Shown: positions 1 to 8,220, numbered from the stretch's first letter. The stretch: 10,409 nucleotides of DNA from Candidatus Micrarchaeia archaeon (GCA_046538155.1 JBKHJL010000034.1:1-10409), one strand, 5' to 3'. Made by a program: numbers and translations. Notes: generated by a model not told the origin, from the sequence alone.

Positions 1-59
1 TCTTTACCCTTTATTTTGTCTACAAAACCAGAGAATTTCTTTTTGAGGAGGTCAAACAT
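1..59 (-). CDS. ftsY: Signal recognition particle receptor FtsY, N-terminal fragment (runs off the window edge)
   Basis: ATG at 59-57 reads MFDLLKKKFSGFVDKIKGK, the typical amphipathic start of archaeal FtsY. It lies 7 nt after the prefoldin stop, the usual ftsY position in this cluster. Only 19 codons are visible. Confidence 0.7.
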   Translation of the reverse strand, partial: MFDLLKKKFSGFVDKIKGK

Positions 60-66
60 CCGGCCG

Positions 67-450
67 TCACTCCTTCTTAAGCTCCCGGTACTCCTTTTCC
101 AGTTCTGCCATTTGCTCGTCTATTTTTCTGAGTTCGTCGCGCATCTTTTTCAATGCATTTTCAGTAAGCCCAACCCGTTTGGAGATTTCCTTGTCTGCAT
201 CTTCGGGAGTGTATTCTTTTGCATAGCCGGAGCCAATCGGGAGGACTATCTTCTCCTTGTGCAAATCAGCGTGCACAAATGCCCCGCCCCCAATCGGCAC
301 GAGTCCCGCATCTTCCTCAAGCTCTTTGACTGTTTTCACAGAGTTCTTAAGCTCCATTAAAGAAACACTGAGCTTTTCAACTTCTTTCTCAACCGCCTGC
401 TTCTGCTGGTTGTACATTCTGGCGTGTGCAAGTATTTCTTCCTGTTTCAT
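67..450 (-). CDS. pfdA: Prefoldin alpha subunit
   Basis: 127 aa with coiled-coil arms flanking LVPIGGGAFVHADL...IVLPIGSGYAKE, the double beta-hairpin of prefoldin alpha. Conserved position after rpl18a. Confidence 0.93.
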   Translation of the reverse strand: MKQEEILAHARMYNQQKQAVEKEVEKLSVSLMELKNSVKTVKELEEDAGLVPIGGGAFVHADLHKEKIVLPIGSGYAKEYTPEDADKEISKRVGLTENALKKMRDELRKIDEQMAELEKEYRELKKE

Positions 451-452
451 AT

Positions 453-629
453 TTACACCTTGGAAACTTCAGAGATTCTCACGTTGGTTCTCTTTATTCC
501 GTTCTGCGCCCCAATCAGCGCGAACACGGTTTCCCTTGCATGGTTCTCTGTATTTGCTTCAACCTCTTTCGTGAATTTCCTGTATTCCTCACCGACTTTC
601 ATTTCGCCGGTTATTTTGAACTTATCCAT
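453..629 (-). CDS. rpl18a: 50S ribosomal protein L18Ae/LX (eL20)
   Basis: 58 aa MDKFKITGEM...FTKEVEANTENHARETVFALIGAQNGIKRTNVRISEV matches the LX pattern. Start moved from 707 to the ATG at 629, which has an AGGTGA Shine-Dalgarno at 639-634 and avoids overlapping aIF6. Confidence 0.88.
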   Translation of the reverse strand: MDKFKITGEMKVGEEYRKFTKEVEANTENHARETVFALIGAQNGIKRTNVRISEVSKV

Positions 630-639
630 ATTCTCACCT

Positions 640-1311
640 TTATTCCAGATATCCCAGGGCCTCTTCAATCCGCCCCAGTTCAAAGGGTGAGGTTGCCTCT
701 CCGGCAAAATACCCCTCGTCTGTTGCGAGCAGCCCTGTTCCTATGAATCCCGTCCCCGTATTTATTGTGCCGGGCATTCCATTCACCCTCAGGATTTCCC
801 CGAGTTCTGCAATTTCCCTTTCGGTTGCAGAGTAATGGATCAAAAAACCTTTGTTGTTGGCCACGCAGAGCGAGCCAACCGTGCTGAACCCTGCCACGTT
901 GAAAGGCACCAGTTCAATCCCCAGGCACCCTTCTATCTCCTTCCTTTCTTTCTGCCCCACCACGGGGTTGATTGCCCCCCCCATGTCATTCAGGGCAATG
1001 TTGTTACCATGGGCATTCATCTTCTCCTTGGACAGGTAAACACCCAGCCCGGTTTCCTCCTCTATTTTTTTTGCTTCTTTTTCCCCGGCAGTGTGCGGCA
1101 CTATTATCCCGTTTGCATTCATTGCTGCGTATATCCCATTCAAGTTATGTCCTTTTATGTTCACTTTTACCGGTTTTGTTCCCAGGCTGGAGCACACATC
1201 CTCAACAACCCTGTCCTTTGCATCCACAGGGAAGAGAGTATGCTTTCCGTTTGTACAGAAAAAAATGCCTATGAAGGGATTGCCGAAATATGCGGCTCTC
1301 CGGTATGCCAT
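640..1311 (-). CDS. eif6: Translation initiation factor 6 (aIF6)
   Basis: 223 aa with GNPFIGIF, GSLCVANNKG, GTINTG..FIGTG and TSPFELGRIEEALG, typical of IF6. Located between rpl31e and rpl18a. Confidence 0.95.
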   Translation of the reverse strand: MAYRRAAYFGNPFIGIFFCTNGKHTLFPVDAKDRVVEDVCSSLGTKPVKVNIKGHNLNGIYAAMNANGIIVPHTAGEKEAKKIEEETGLGVYLSKEKMNAHGNNIALNDMGGAINPVVGQKERKEIEGCLGIELVPFNVAGFSTVGSLCVANNKGFLIHYSATEREIAELGEILRVNGMPGTINTGTGFIGTGLLATDEGYFAGEATSPFELGRIEEALGYLE

Positions 1312-1313
1312 CT

Positions 1314-1865
1314 TTATTCCTTCTCCCCGCCCTTTTCTTCTTTTGCAGGAGCTTCTTTCTCAGGAGGTTTTTCTCCTTTTGGCTTTTCCCCAGCTTCCTT
1401 CTTTTCAGAAGGTTTCTCTTCAGGCTCCTCTTTTTTGGGCGTTTTTCCAGTTTCCGGCGTTTCCTTTTTCACTTCTTCCGGCTCTTTTTCTGCAGGTTTC
1501 TCTTCTTTCACTTTTTCTTCAGGAGATGCAGCATTTTCCTCTTTCTTTTCAGGTTTCTTTGCTTCCTTTTTCTCCGGGGCTTTCTCTTCTTTTACTTCTT
1601 CCGGCTTCTCTTCCAGGAGCATAACCTTTACCTTTTCTTCTTCTTTGATTGCCCTAACCTTTATTTTCCTTGGTGGCTTCTGGATTCCCCTTTTCCAGAT
1701 GAGCTTGTTCACTCCTTCGCTTATGCTTATGTCTCCTTTTTCCGCTTTCATATGCCTTGAGATGAATCCCTGCAGGATTTTGACTGCTTTCCTGCTCCTG
1801 CTGGTCCGGGGGGTGTCATATGCTGTTCTGAGGGGAACAACGTAAATCCTTTCAAGGTCTGCCAT
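1314..1865 (-). CDS. rpl31e: 50S ribosomal protein L31e with a long Glu/Lys/Pro-rich C-terminal extension
   Basis: ERIYVVPLR...RSRKAVKILQGFISRHMK...VNKLIWKRGIQKPPRKIKVRA is the eL31 core. Likely start is the ATG at 1865, 1 nt after the rpl39e stop. About 100 low-complexity residues follow. Confidence 0.93.
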   Translation of the reverse strand: MADLERIYVVPLRTAYDTPRTSRSRKAVKILQGFISRHMKAEKGDISISEGVNKLIWKRGIQKPPRKIKVRAIKEEEKVKVMLLEEKPEEVKEEKAPEKKEAKKPEKKEENAASPEEKVKEEKPAEKEPEEVKKETPETGKTPKKEEPEEKPSEKKEAGEKPKGEKPPEKEAPAKEEKGGEKE

Positions 1866-1866
1866 T

Positions 1867-2031
1867 TTAATCACTGATGTATCCTATTTTGTCTGTTCTC
1901 CAGTTCCTGCTCTTGTTGTTCCAGAGAATTTTCCTCTTTGTCCTGATTGTGACAAATACAGGGAGCCGCCTGTTCTGCTTGGTCTTCCTCCCAAGCCTCT
2001 TTTTCTTTTCCCGGCTTTTGTTTCTGCTCAT
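1867..2031 (-). CDS. rpl39e: 50S ribosomal protein L39e (not in the ORF track)
   Basis: Manual translation gives MSRNKSREKKKRLGRKTKQNRRLPVFVTIRTKRKILWNNKSRNWRTDKIGYISD* (54 aa) with the eL39 motifs KQNRR.P.F and R.WR. AGGTGA SD at 2042-2037. Confidence 0.93.
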   Translation of the reverse strand: MSRNKSREKKKRLGRKTKQNRRLPVFVTIRTKRKILWNNKSRNWRTDKIGYISD

Positions 2032-2041
2032 TAAAATCACC

Positions 2042-2326
2042 TTATTTGAAAGTTATTCTGGTTTCTTTTTGCTGCCCTTTTAGGGCCTTAAGCAGGCCCA
2101 GCACTTCTTTCTCATTAAGCTTCCTGCCTGCTTTTTGGTATAGGTTGAACACCTGGTTTGTGGCCATTGCATAGAGCTGAGGATTAACAATCCTAACGTT
2201 CATAAGCCGCTCATACGCTTCGTTGGAAAGCGTTAGGCGAAGCAGGCCCTTTACTTTTTCCTCTTTCTTTTTTTCTTCCAGTTCCTGCTGGTATTGTTCC
2301 ATTTTCTTATTTCTTGCCTCTTCCAT
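2042..2326 (-). CDS. PDCD5/TFAR19-like double-stranded DNA-binding protein
   Basis: LRLTLSNEAYERLMNVRIVNPQL is the PDCD5-family core, at the conserved position after rps19e. Start is ATG 2326 or GTG 2347 (the latter overlaps the rps19e stop). Confidence 0.85.
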   Translation of the reverse strand: MEEARNKKMEQYQQELEEKKKEEKVKGLLRLTLSNEAYERLMNVRIVNPQLYAMATNQVFNLYQKAGRKLNEKEVLGLLKALKGQQKETRITFK

Positions 2327-2343
2327 CCCTTCTTCCAAGGGTT

Positions 2344-2754
2344 TCACCCGCTGATTTCACCTGCGGCACTGTCCAGCAGGGACATGCCCTTCGGGGTAAG
2401 TTTCCTTCCCATTGGAGTCTTTTCCATTAGCCCTGCCTTTTCCAGAGCCTGGAAGGCCTTCCTTATCGTGGAGCCGCCTGCTGCAGCGTGGGCCTCTGGC
2501 TTCACTCCCCTGTCTTTTTTCCCGCCGTAGTGCCGCCTCATCCTCTGTACACCTACGTTGCTGTTAACGTATGTCTGCCTGAGGAGGGATGCACATCTCA
2601 CATACCAGAAGTCCTCACTTTCCGGAGGCCTTTCCCGGTGGGCTCCGCTTTTCACAAAGCCCACAAAATCGGGCTTTTCCAGGCCCATTTCCTTAAGCTT
2701 CCCCGCTACCTTTGGTATTAGGGAGCTTGCATCAACATCATATATCCTGACCAT
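2344..2754 (-). CDS. rps19e: 30S ribosomal protein S19e
   Basis: FVKSGAHRERPP, FWYVRCASLLR, YGGKKDRGVKP and GSTIRKAFQALEKAGL are eS19 motifs. ATG at 2754 has an AAGGTGA SD just upstream. Confidence 0.96.
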   Translation of the reverse strand: MVRIYDVDASSLIPKVAGKLKEMGLEKPDFVGFVKSGAHRERPPESEDFWYVRCASLLRQTYVNSNVGVQRMRRHYGGKKDRGVKPEAHAAAGGSTIRKAFQALEKAGLMEKTPMGRKLTPKGMSLLDSAAGEISG

Positions 2755-2857
2755 TTTTTCACCTTTTTTGAAACCCTTTTCAAAAGCGCACAACACGGAA
2801 ATGCATTGTGCTTTTCTTAAAAAGCTGGATGCCTAGGTTCCATTATTTAGGCTACTT

Positions 2858-2877
2858 ATATATTTAAAGGTTTCTAA
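2858..2877 (-). promoter_or_regulatory. BRE/TATA promoter of the rps19e operon
   Basis: Minus strand reads AGAAACC-TTTAAATA-TAT, a purine-rich BRE followed by the archaeal TATA box at 2868-2861. Implied start site is near 2838. Confidence 0.65.
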
Positions 2878-2889
2878 ATTCCCCCTTCC

Positions 2890-4119
2890 CTACCTTGCAT
2901 GCCTGCGGTGGTACCAGAACATCCATAATGCGGCAATCAGAAAGATGAGCAGCAATCCGTCCGAGGGTATGATGTTGCGGGCAAGTTCTTTTTCCTCTTG
3001 GGCAGGCATTCCCTGCCGGTAGTATTCCGGGCTTCCCTCAGGCTCCCCTGTTTCGCTCATTCCCCCCTTGGTAAGCTTCCTGCTGAGGATTTCCCTGCTG
3101 CAGGTGTGCTTTCCCCCGAAGAAATCAGTTACAGTTATGCTCATGTTCCTTGGCCCCCATGCTTCATAGGTGTGGTTTACTTCATAAAGATGGGAGAATG
3201 AATTGTTTTCCTTTACTACTGGGTTTGCCCAATAGGAAAGCTCATAGTTTTCCATGCTTGCATTCATTTCTTCCTGCGTTTCATTCACGGTTATGTGCCA
3301 TGCGCCCAGCGGGTCCTCCATAACGCTAAAGTTGTATATTCTTGCATATCCTGTTTTGTTCCCGTTTTTTTCTATTTCTGCCTTGTAGATGCTTTTCCTG
3401 GAGAAAATGAGCGTGTCAAAATGGTTGTTCCTGTACCACTGCTCCGCAAGCGCAGGCCTTGCAAGGAAGAAGCTCGCGTTTCCCGGCTCAACGATGTATT
3501 GCCTGCTCACATTCCCTATAGTATGCAGTTCCCACTGCTGGGGCGGCATGGAGCCTTGGTCTTCACAGCTGCAGTTTTCCCCGTCACATACCAATCCGCT
3601 GTTGCTCACGATTACTTCATATTGGTACCAGTAGTCCCATTCCAGCTCTATTGTTAAGTTCTCTGTTCCGTTTGCTGTTTCCAGGAGTTCTCTATCCAGG
3701 GGTATTTCAAGGATTGCTTCTGTTGTTTCAGGCTCTGTTTTTACAGTATGGTTCCTGAAGCTGAAGCTTATTTCAATGCTTTCCGTCTGGTTAATCAGGG
3801 TAAACATGTAGCGGTCTGTGCATCCGTTGCTGTCTTCCTCGGTTATCGTCCTTCCATCCGCAGTTTCCTCGTTCCATGCCCAGAGTACCTCATCCGCTGT
3901 GGGCGAAATTCTCCTATCCACGGATGGGATAACTGCCACAATGGTCATATTCACCACCGAGTAGTTGTCTTTTGTGAGCTCCCCTACTGTGACCGCAGAA
4001 GTTCCCATGAGCGAGGGGGCAAGGGCCCGGTTGTGCTGGGCCACTTCATCCAGCGGAGGGTCCTCGAGAGCTGCACAAGCTGGAAAAAGCAGTAAAAGGA
4101 GAAAAAGCTCCCTGGTCAT
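2890..4119 (-). CDS. Hypothetical membrane-anchored surface glycoprotein
   Basis: 409 aa with an N-terminal signal peptide (MTRELFLLLLLFPACAA), a C-terminal TM helix followed by a basic tail (LLLIFLIAALWMFWYHRRHAR) and about 16 N-x-S/T sequons. ATGA overlap with the upstream gene. Confidence 0.8.
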   Translation of the reverse strand: MTRELFLLLLLFPACAALEDPPLDEVAQHNRALAPSLMGTSAVTVGELTKDNYSVVNMTIVAVIPSVDRRISPTADEVLWAWNEETADGRTITEEDSNGCTDRYMFTLINQTESIEISFSFRNHTVKTEPETTEAILEIPLDRELLETANGTENLTIELEWDYWYQYEVIVSNSGLVCDGENCSCEDQGSMPPQQWELHTIGNVSRQYIVEPGNASFFLARPALAEQWYRNNHFDTLIFSRKSIYKAEIEKNGNKTGYARIYNFSVMEDPLGAWHITVNETQEEMNASMENYELSYWANPVVKENNSFSHLYEVNHTYEAWGPRNMSITVTDFFGGKHTCSREILSRKLTKGGMSETGEPEGSPEYYRQGMPAQEEKELARNIIPSDGLLLIFLIAALWMFWYHRRHAR

Positions 4120-6020
4120 AGTATCGCTTCCAGCCTGTTGATGGTGGTGACATTCAGTGCGTCATTCGCCTTCTTTACTTCAAGCCTTGCCCTCTCGTCC
4201 CCTTTAAGCGATTTCATGAACCTTCTTATGTCCTCCTCATTTTCGAAAATGAGTATGAGCTTCTTATCGGTTTCAATGTAGTCTGCGGATATCAATGAAG
4301 AGCCGATGCTGAATCCGTTTTTGGTTTCCTTGAAACGTATTCCCCGACTTACCAGTATATCTCTCGCTTCCCTCATAAGCACATTCTTTTTTACGTCCCC
4401 CCATCCTGAAAGCTGGTAATAGTCCCCGTATCTTTCAACCTTCCCTCTCTTCTCCAGTTCCTTAAGCATTGCCTCCAGGTCACCGTCAAGGACTTCTGCC
4501 CCGTCGGTGATGTTCTTCCTTACGCTGTAGGCGAATTCATTCAGCTTTATCGGAACCTTATTCCAGCCGAACTGGTCCTGCAGGTATTTTATGCACTCTA
4601 TGAGGTCTTCCGGCTCCACTTCCACAGTGTTCCTTTCCTTCTTGGCTACTGCCTCAATCTTTATTGTGTATGTCGGCCTTTTCCTCATGCTCGCCGCAAC
4701 ATAGACGATTATTATGAAAACTACAATGAATGGCCCCCACCTGATGTAGGTTTCTATTGTCCCCGCCTGCTCCCGGGTATAGGTAATGGTTTCCTTGTAT
4801 TCCAGGTACTGCACCCGGAAAACGTTCTTTCCGCTCTGGAGCTTTACCGGCACGCTCACCTGGCCGTCGGCAATCGGGTATTTTTCAGTTTCCCCGTTGT
4901 TCACCGATACATAGAGGTCGCCTGTTTTCAGCGGCTCCCCGTCCACCTTCACACTGAACATCGTCCTCATGTTCCAGCTCTCTTCTCGGTTAATCTCTAT
5001 GTTTTTTACGTGTATGTAGGTTGAGCCGAGCATCCCGGAGCTGTCATAAACTTTTATGATGTAGTCTCCCGCTTCCTCAAATTCATAAGTGTAATAAAAT
5101 GCCTTTTCTACCCCAACCCTTCCCAGGTCCTCAGAGAGCAGTATCTCCCCGTTTTTCTCAACTGTGTAGAATGCCTTTCCGGTGGTGTTGCTAAGGGTGA
5201 ATGAAACCGCTGCCCTTTCCCAGGGATATACTTCCCCATCTGTTTCCATCTCAACCGGCTCGGATGCGAGAAAAGAAGAAACGTCTATTCCCTTGTTTTC
5301 TCCTGCCCAGTAAATGAATCTCAGATATCCTCCCTTCTCCAGAGGGACAAAAATGCTTTTTTCTTCATGCGCATTGCTGAATTCCTGGGTGCTTTCTGAA
5401 ACAACTGCCCAGGAGTTCTCCCTGAGTTCTTCCCTGAATTCCTCCATCAGCTCCGGGTCGTCCATGAATTCATCCAGGGTATACTCCTTCACAATAATTT
5501 TCTCCTTTGTCTGGTTGTCCAGCTGGGCATACCAGTAATCTTTCCTGAGGCTGCTGGCCATCTTCAAATCTGTTTTTCCTATGTAAATCAGGGTGTTGAA
5601 GGAGCCGGTTGAGCCGATGGTGTTCAGCACATAATCCGGTATTGCCCCGGTAGGCACAATCACTATGGAGTCTCTGATCTTCTTTATATCGCTCCTCCCT
5701 ATAACCTCCACGCTCATCCCATACTCGCCCAGGGCATCCAGCTCTTCTACAAAGCTGTTGAAGGAGTCCATTCCCACTCCTGTTTCGCTGAGCACATATA
5801 TCTTGTCTTTTGGTTCCTCGTCAAGCCCCAGCAGCCGGGTATTTCCTGTGCCATTTGCCATATACAGGTAGTACCCATATTCCCCTGCCCTTCCCTTGGA
5901 GAGCACTTCTACATAGCCCTGCTCTCCCTCTGCTTCGGGCATATCAACAAGAGTAAGTATGAGGGTGGCGGCAAGCACCAGGATGACCACAAAAGCAATT
6001 ATAAAGATGGTTTTTTTCAT
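4116..6020 (-). CDS. Hypothetical membrane protein: N-terminal TM, large extracellular region, second TM, cytoplasmic C-terminal domain
   Basis: 634-aa ORF with hydrophobic segments IFIIAFVVILVLAATLILTLV and WGPFIVVFIIIVYVAASM (followed by RKR), a beta-rich middle and ATGA overlaps at both ends. Confidence 0.82.
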   Translation of the reverse strand: MKKTIFIIAFVVILVLAATLILTLVDMPEAEGEQGYVEVLSKGRAGEYGYYLYMANGTGNTRLLGLDEEPKDKIYVLSETGVGMDSFNSFVEELDALGEYGMSVEVIGRSDIKKIRDSIVIVPTGAIPDYVLNTIGSTGSFNTLIYIGKTDLKMASSLRKDYWYAQLDNQTKEKIIVKEYTLDEFMDDPELMEEFREELRENSWAVVSESTQEFSNAHEEKSIFVPLEKGGYLRFIYWAGENKGIDVSSFLASEPVEMETDGEVYPWERAAVSFTLSNTTGKAFYTVEKNGEILLSEDLGRVGVEKAFYYTYEFEEAGDYIIKVYDSSGMLGSTYIHVKNIEINREESWNMRTMFSVKVDGEPLKTGDLYVSVNNGETEKYPIADGQVSVPVKLQSGKNVFRVQYLEYKETITYTREQAGTIETYIRWGPFIVVFIIIVYVAASMRKRPTYTIKIEAVAKKERNTVEVEPEDLIECIKYLQDQFGWNKVPIKLNEFAYSVRKNITDGAEVLDGDLEAMLKELEKRGKVERYGDYYQLSGWGDVKKNVLMREARDILVSRGIRFKETKNGFSIGSSLISADYIETDKKLILIFENEEDIRRFMKSLKGDERARLEVKKANDALNVTTINRLEAIL

Positions 6021-7408
6021 CTGCCCACGCTCTGGCCTTTCAGCCAGTCAAGGTCATTTTTGTAAAACGTCCTAATGTCTTTTAAGCCTTCCATAAGCAT
6101 CATCGGTCTCTCCAGGCTGAGCCCCCATGCCAGCACGGGATAAACATCGCAGAGGGGCTTTGTCATCTCCGGCCTGAATATGCCCGCTCCTCCCAGCTCC
6201 ATCCATTCGCCCCGCTCCTCAAAGAACACTTCCACTTCTACGCTTGGTTCTGTGTACGGGAAGTAGCTTGGCCTGAACCTTATTTTCTCAAAACCGAACC
6301 GCTTGTAGAATTCTTTAAGCAGCCCCAGGAGGTCCCTGAAGGTTGCCCCTTCCCATGCAACTATTCCCTCCACCTGGTGGAATTCCGCGAGGTGCTTGAA
6401 GTCGGTAGCTTCATTCCTGAATACTCTTCCCACTGCAAAATACTTTTTTGCTTCCCCTTTCTTCAGCTTGTGCAGGTGCCGGGCGCTCAGCGCGGTGGTG
6501 TGTGTCCGCAGCACCCTCTTTTTTGCCTCTTCCCGGCTCCAGCTGTATTTCCACCCTTCTTCATGGCTTTTCTTTACTTTTTCCACCAGCCCCTCTTTTG
6601 GAAGAGTTTCTTTTCCCTCAAGGTAGAATGTGTCGGCGAGCTCCCTTGCCGGGTGGTCCTGCGGCTGGAACAGTGCATCAAAGTTCCAGAATGAGCTTTC
6701 CACCATGTCCCCTTCCATTTCTTCAAAACCCATGTCCAGAAAAACTCTCTTCACTCTCCTTACCATTCTGGTCAATGGATGGACCTTCCCCATTGGCGCA
6801 TCTTCGGTCGGGGCAAGCACATAGGGCTTGAATTCCCCCCCTTTCCAGGAACCTTCCAGGAGCATTTCATGCGTAAGTTCTCCCAGTTCTTCTTTGAGCT
6901 CCCCCACTTTTTCTGCTTCTTCCTCCCCTTTTTCTGTAAGCGTTATGCTGAATTCTTTTTTTGTTTGCTTTTCCAGGAGCTTTCTCTTCATCAGTATTCT
7001 CCTTTCTTCTTCCCCTGCCTTGCCCGGGTTCTCTGCAGCTTCTATCAGCGGATAAATCCCGGCAGGTGCCCCCAATACTTTTATTTTTCCCCCTTCAATA
7101 GTTATCCATCCATTTTTTTTTGCCCAGATAAGCCCTATCTTCCCTTCTTCCCCCAGTTCCTTCACCGGAGCCCCGTCTTTTTCCAGTATATTTATTTCAG
7201 GGAATTCCTCCTTCAGGTATTTTTTGCATTCTTCAGTCTGCCTGTATTTTTCTTCCTCTTTTTCTTCAACCTCTGCCAGCCCCTTTTCCTGGAGCCATAA
7301 TGCTGCCCTCCTCGCGGAATCCGGATTCATTTCAAGGGTTTCCAGAGCTGTTTTCCCCCTCTTTTTTAGTTCTTTCAATAAGAGCTTTTCCTGCCTGTGG
7401 AGTATCAT
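6017..7408 (-). CDS. pheS: Phenylalanine--tRNA ligase alpha subunit (archaeal type)
   Basis: GKVHPL, FWNFDALFQPQDHPARELADTFY, VLRTHTTA, GRVFRNEATDFKHLAEFHQVEG, RFRPSYFPYTEPS and AWGLSLER are all present, with the archaeal N-terminal extension. Confidence 0.97.
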   Translation of the reverse strand: MILHRQEKLLLKELKKRGKTALETLEMNPDSARRAALWLQEKGLAEVEEKEEEKYRQTEECKKYLKEEFPEINILEKDGAPVKELGEEGKIGLIWAKKNGWITIEGGKIKVLGAPAGIYPLIEAAENPGKAGEEERRILMKRKLLEKQTKKEFSITLTEKGEEEAEKVGELKEELGELTHEMLLEGSWKGGEFKPYVLAPTEDAPMGKVHPLTRMVRRVKRVFLDMGFEEMEGDMVESSFWNFDALFQPQDHPARELADTFYLEGKETLPKEGLVEKVKKSHEEGWKYSWSREEAKKRVLRTHTTALSARHLHKLKKGEAKKYFAVGRVFRNEATDFKHLAEFHQVEGIVAWEGATFRDLLGLLKEFYKRFGFEKIRFRPSYFPYTEPSVEVEVFFEERGEWMELGGAGIFRPEMTKPLCDVYPVLAWGLSLERPMMLMEGLKDIRTFYKNDLDWLKGQSVGR

Positions 7409-8220
7409 TTTGCCACCTTTTTCACTTTTCCCTGCAGGTGCAGGTATGCCCCGAGTATTATCACAATCAGCACCACGAGCGCCGGGCCTTCGGGTCCTGT
7501 AACAAGCCCGGTAAGGCTTTCCCTTGAATTCATGAAAAACTGGAGCACTTCGCTGTCCAGGCTTTCTTCTACTTCAAAAATTATGCTGAACCTTGCAAGC
7601 ACAGTGTTCTCCCAGCTAAGCTCGTTCACCCCGGAAAGCTCTTCCTTTTCCATTTCTTCCGGCAGAGGGGTTGCTTCCAGTATTTTTACATTTTCCGGGA
7701 ATGATATTGTTAGCCTTTCATTTTCCCCAAGGATTACGTCTCCCAGCTCGCTCTCTTCAAAAGTAAGTGCACCGCTGTTGAGGGTGTATCTGGTAGTTCT
7801 CGGCTTGTATTTGTCTGCAATAAACAGCCCTGAGTCATTGACCGCCACCCCATCTTTGTCCCGATAGGCGTCCACCCGGTAGCTTATCTTCAGCTCTCCG
7901 TGGCAGAGGTCCGCAAGCGGGTTGCAGTTCGAAACCGGCTGGGGCCTTACCACTACGTCCTGCACATCTACCTTCCTGTTGTCCACATGATACCTTATGT
8001 CACTGAGTCCGGTCATGGAACTCCAGCTTGCCAGGTCGTTTTTGGACATTCCATTAGTATATACTGAAATATGGTAATCGCTTGTTATGAGCAGGTGGAT
8101 GTTTTCGGTCACTTCCGCGCTCCCGTCCTCGTTCACGTCCATGGCCACATCCAGGGCGGTTATGCTGAATGTTGCGAACGAAACCGAGAGCAGAGCTATG
8201 AATAGCAGAAGGCGCCTCAT
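7405..8220 (-). CDS. Hypothetical type I membrane protein (signal peptide, extracellular beta domain, C-terminal TM)
   Basis: Signal peptide MRRLLLFIALLSVSFA; mature start FSITALDVAMDVNEDGSAEVTENI recalls DUF2207-like N-termini (inference); Cys pair CNPLADLC; C-terminal TM plus KVKKVAK. Start 8220 is preferred over 8229 from TATA spacing. Confidence 0.8.
   Translation of the reverse strand: MRRLLLFIALLSVSFATFSITALDVAMDVNEDGSAEVTENIHLLITSDYHISVYTNGMSKNDLASWSSMTGLSDIRYHVDNRKVDVQDVVVRPQPVSNCNPLADLCHGELKISYRVDAYRDKDGVAVNDSGLFIADKYKPRTTRYTLNSGALTFEESELGDVILGENERLTISFPENVKILEATPLPEEMEKEELSGVNELSWENTVLARFSIIFEVEESLDSEVLQFFMNSRESLTGLVTGPEGPALVVLIVIILGAYLHLQGKVKKVAK

Noticed and set aside
630..707. 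N-terminal extension of LX in the ORF track (start 707)
   Set aside because: It overlaps the aIF6 C-terminus, and the SD supports ATG 629.
1314..1620. CRISPR-like or tandem DNA repeat array in the T/C-rich tract
   Set aside because: No regular repeat-spacer period; it is the coding low-complexity tail of L31e.
835..1845. Long plus-strand ORFs (835-1845, 1091-1624, 1290-1760 and similar ones opposite pheS and other genes)
   Set aside because: They are antisense shadows of real minus-strand genes. The F/S/L-rich translations come from the complement of Glu/Lys codons, which lacks stops.
2755..2796. N-terminal extension of S19e (start 2796)
   Set aside because: It has a TTG start inside the leader hairpins; the SD and homology support ATG 2754.
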